Source: the human T2T-CHM13v2.0 reference genome, Homo sapiens. From it: 64,000 bases of DNA. Positions 60,114 through 64,000 of this stretch are shown one piece after another; the stretch's first letter is position 1; the number at the start of each line of letters is the position of its first letter. Made by a program: the position numbers and the translations under genes. The DNA lies in assembly GCF_009914755.1 (NCBI RefSeq), contig NC_060927.1; one strand, written 5' to 3'. The notes under the pieces are model-generated. The model saw nothing but the letters and a program-made list of their open reading frames with translations. It had not been told where the DNA came from and did no database searches.

Positions 60114-60390
60114 ATAACATAGGTAGCACCTGCAAATTACAAAAGTCCCTCAAATATTCTGCATCAACATGATTGACTAAAGGTTCAGACAGTGGGTTAG
60201 ACTAATGATCTTTATGGTCCCCTCCAAAATTGAGATTCTATTATCCTCTATGTGTGAATAAATTGGAAGACTGTATTTTTATATATACTCTGATAAATTG
60301 AGCTCTAAAACTTTTACTGTATGGGTTTTTAAAATACAAAACCATTCCAAAATATGTGTAACCATAATGCTTTTAAAAAAACACCCCTAC

Positions 60391-60840
60391 GTGCATCCAT
60401 CTGTATTATTAACCGTAGGTACCATGTTGTACAACAGGTACCCAGAACTCATTTATATTGCTAACTTTAACTTTCTACCCATTGAACAATATCTATTTTC
60501 CCTATCCACTAACTACCACTATTCTAATTTCTGCTTCTATAAATTTGACTGTTTAAAATATCTCATATAGGCAGAGTTATGTAGTATTTGTCCTTCTGTA
60601 ACTTACTTATTTCAATTATCATAATATCTTTCTGGTCCATGGTAAGTGTTATTACCACAAAAAAAAAAAAAACAACAAGGGACACAGGAAACTTTTGGAG
60701 GTGATGGATGGATGTATTACCATTATTCTGGTGATGATATAATGGGTATATGTACATGTCCAAATCCATCAAATTGTGTACATTAAAGATGTGCAGTTTT
60801 TATCTACCAATTATACCTCAATAGAGCTGTAATAAAAAAG
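60391..60840 (+). mobile_element. 5'-inverted L1 (L1MA10/L1MB1-like) 3' end
   Basis: Antisense L1 segment 60391-60640 joined to sense terminal segment 60641-60840. Confidence 0.75.
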
Positions 60841-61439
60841 AAAACAGCCCTCAACACAAAATTAATCTTTTTGTTAATCCTTTGGACTCATCATTAATAT
60901 TACATTGTTTTCTGGGCTTTAAATGTAGATAATATAGGAATGGGATTGAATTTCTACTAATACTGTATCCTGACTGATAAAACCTAATGGATGGAGCACC
61001 TTCTATGAGCAGAATATTTTTATAATTGTTGGCATTTAATGTGATTTTCACAATAGCCCTGCAAGCTTCTGAGCTTGCATATATAAATATGATCTTTCAA
61101 AATTTCCTCAGCATAAACATCACAGAAATACTCACCTCTCCCTTTAAGGTTGATTCATGCCATCTCTGGGTTAAGCCCCTGTACTGCCACTACCCTCTCT
61201 ACTGTGTCAGTTGCTCTGTCATTTGCTGCTGTAATATACTCACTAAGCCACTTACATTCTCCCAACTCTTCATTAACTCTAATTTCCATTCTCCCTACCC
61301 CTTTCAATTGTCTTTATTTCCCCTTCCCTAGCTTTTCTTAGAACTGGCATCTAAAAGTAATTAGCACAGATATAACTTCACTAAAGTGCAGGCTACTGAA
61401 CTGTCCCACATCCAGGTCTTCGAAAAATTCTTGTCAAAA

Positions 61440-62255
61440 TTTATCCCAGGAAGATATACAAATGGCCACCAAGCACATGAAAAGATGTTTGACATCATTA
61501 GTCATCAAAATGCAAACCAAACCACGATGTGCTACTGCTTCATATTACTAGGATGTTAGACCAAAAAGTCAGATAATAACAAGTGGTGGCTAGGAGGTAG
61601 AGAAATCAGAACTCTTGTACATGGCTGATTGGAATGCAATATACTGCAGCCACTTTGAAAAACAGTCTTGCAGTTCCTCAAACAATTAAAAATGGAGTTA
61701 CCATATGACCCAGCAATTCCACCAGTAGGTATCTAGCCAAGATAACTAAAAACATATGGCCACAAAAAACTTGTACACAAATGTTCATGGCAGCATTACT
61801 TATAATAGCCAAAAGGTGGAAACAACCCGAATATCCATCAAATGATGAATGAATAAACAAAATATGCTATATCAAACAATGAAATGTTATTCAACCTTAA
61901 AAATAAATGAAATGCTGATAGATGGCACAACATGGATGAACATTGAAAACGTTATGCAAGTAAAAGAAGCCACTCATAAAAGGCCACATATGACATGATT
62001 CTATTTATATGAAATGTCCAGAATAGGCTAATCTAGAGAGAGAGAAAGGAGTATTGGTCCCCAGAATATAGGGAGATAGGAGGAGGATGGAGCAAAAGGG
62101 TATGGGGTTTCTTTTTGAGGTGACAAAAATGTTCTAAAGTCAATTATGCTAATAGTTTCACTTAGCAGTAACCATACTAAAATTCATTGAATTGTGCACT
62201 TCAAATGAATGAATTGTGTGGTATATGAATTATATCGCAATAATGCTGTTCTTAA
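61440..62255 (+). mobile_element. L1MB-like 3' fragment
   Basis: aagcacatgaaaagatg...gagttaccatatgacccagcaattcc...gtatatgaattatatc; probable TSD aaaaa(t/c)t(c/t)ttgtcaa. Confidence 0.85.
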
Positions 62256-63526
62256 AAACTTTTTGTCAATGATTCCTGGACAAGTGTTTTTCATTTGTCT
62301 TTTGGCTATCCCAACATTCTATGTTTCAAATTCTGACTCATCAAGGACTTAAATGCCATGCTCACCAGAGTCTGCCTGTGTTAACTAAACCTTTAAAATC
62401 TCAAGACTGCTATCAAATCCTCTTGGCATCAGTCTATTCAGAAGGATGAGGACAGGAATAACAGTTTGCCAGCAGGACAGCATCAGCTGTTCCTTTTTGG
62501 TGGTATTCTTGCAGGAGTTCAAGCAGAAGTACAGTTCAGGTAGATAAGGAATACACCTGATTTAGAAACCTTACTTTCCACCAGAGCCAATCCCCACCTC
62601 ATAGCTCCAGAGCTAGTTCCATAGTGGAATGTTTCAGTTACAAAGCCCACTGCACTCAGGGAGCTATATCTTCCTTCAAGTATGTATAGTTCTCCTTGTT
62701 TAGATGTAATTTGCCAAGTAGAGGTTACACTTACCGTAAGTATGTTGCCTAGGAATGTAGTTGACATGACTACCTTTATCTGTTTCCCAGGGAAAGGGCG
62801 AGAAAGTTAATTAAAGGTCAAATGCTCACATTTAGGAGGAAAAGCTTTTGTTAACCCTTCACTGATATAACAACTTAACATACCATAAATCCTTTTAATT
62901 ATCCAATCCTTGGTTAAAAATTCCCTTGCTTTCAAAATTCAGAGAAAAATAAATTTTGCCCTAAAATACAGTTTCACGCTATTTCAGGAGCTTAATCAAA
63001 CCACTAAGGACTCATTCACATTTCTATTTGTTAAAAAATTGATTTATACAGCACAGGTACAATGTTAAGCACTGAGGATACAGTGATGAACAAGACAAAA
63101 AAGAGTCCTTCTCACAAGGTCCTAAAATTTATCAGAAGATATGATAGTCGATAGCAACATGGTTTTTAAAATCTTTTGATAGAAGAAATGCCAGGTGATA
63201 ACAATCATTGAAGGGAATGAACATGCACTTGTAGTATAAGGAATATGCATTATTCATATTTAAGAAATAAGTTAAAAATATGACAATACTCAATTGTTCA
63301 CATACATTTAAAATATTTTATTTTTCTTAAGTATAACATTAATACTTACAAATAGAAAATTCATACATTTTTTCAAAATATTTACATACCTGGACTCTAA
63401 AATCATGTGACTTTATGATAATTCCTTTTTTGGGAGAACATTTACTTGTCATCCACATATTTCAATCTTATTGGTAACTCTGAGAGAAGGAACTGCGTTT
63501 CTCAACTCTGCCCCTTCTGTGGTCTC

Positions 63527-63708
63527 CCATCAAGCTACCATTATTGACTTTCTTCACATAACTAGAAAAAACTACTTTAAATTTCATATGGAACCAAGAA
63601 AGAGCCCATATAACCAAGACAATCCTAAGCAAAAAGAACAAAGCTGGAGGCATCACGCTACCTGACTTCAAGCTACACTACAAGGCTACAGTAACCAAAA
63701 CTGCATGG
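63527..63708 (+). mobile_element. Isolated internal L1P ORF2 fragment
   Basis: Matches the 11941-12125 region of the full-length L1; no 3'UTR or A tail. Confidence 0.85.
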
Positions 63709-64000
63709 AAATTCTACCTCAATTATCTTTTCTTTCATTAATACCACCCACCTTCCCAAGGTTTCTCCTTTTCAGTTAAGAAAATTTCCATTCCAATTAA
63801 GAAAATGTATTTACCATAATCTATTAATAATTTACTTAAACTAACCCCCCTTGTGCATGTCATACTTCACAAATAGAATGCTTTTTGTTTGTTTTCCCTC
63901 ATCTTCTATTCTCTCTAATTAACATTGTCTCTTCTGTCTGATCTTACGTTGCTAAAAGGAAATAGGAATGCCTGATATATTAAGACCTCATTTCTCATCT

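Noticed and set aside
62729-62741. acttac-c-gtaagt palindrome giving GTAAGT donors on both strands
   Set aside because: No convincing partner acceptor or frame; a 6-bp stem is expected by chance

Overview
AT-rich primate (human-like) genomic DNA. The window is an internal part of ZBBX (zinc finger B-box domain containing), transcribed on the minus strand. I recovered 11 coding exons with GT-AG boundaries that join in one open frame (1726 nt in total). The start codon, the B-box exons and the last exon lie outside the window. The introns are mostly retroelement debris: one full-length but inactivated L1PA7-like element with a 15-bp TSD, older L1s, about nine Alus, MaLR/ERV LTRs, L2, MIR, CR1 and MER5. 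There are no prokaryotic systems, RNA genes or CRISPR arrays. The most interesting signals are: (1) an intact ORF0 homologue in the L1 5'UTR, pointing into ZBBX, with a phase-compatible but weak splice donor 746 nt from a ZBBX exon; (2) an Alu whose target-site duplication copied a 5' splice site; (3) a ~360-bp direct duplication bracketing an in-frame exon; (4) an Alu-tail (GAA)28 tract next to a (CT)n tract; (5) an ancient twin-primed inverted L1; (6) an inverted pair of LTR copies. Repeat subfamily names and percent identities are by-eye estimates, not computed values.
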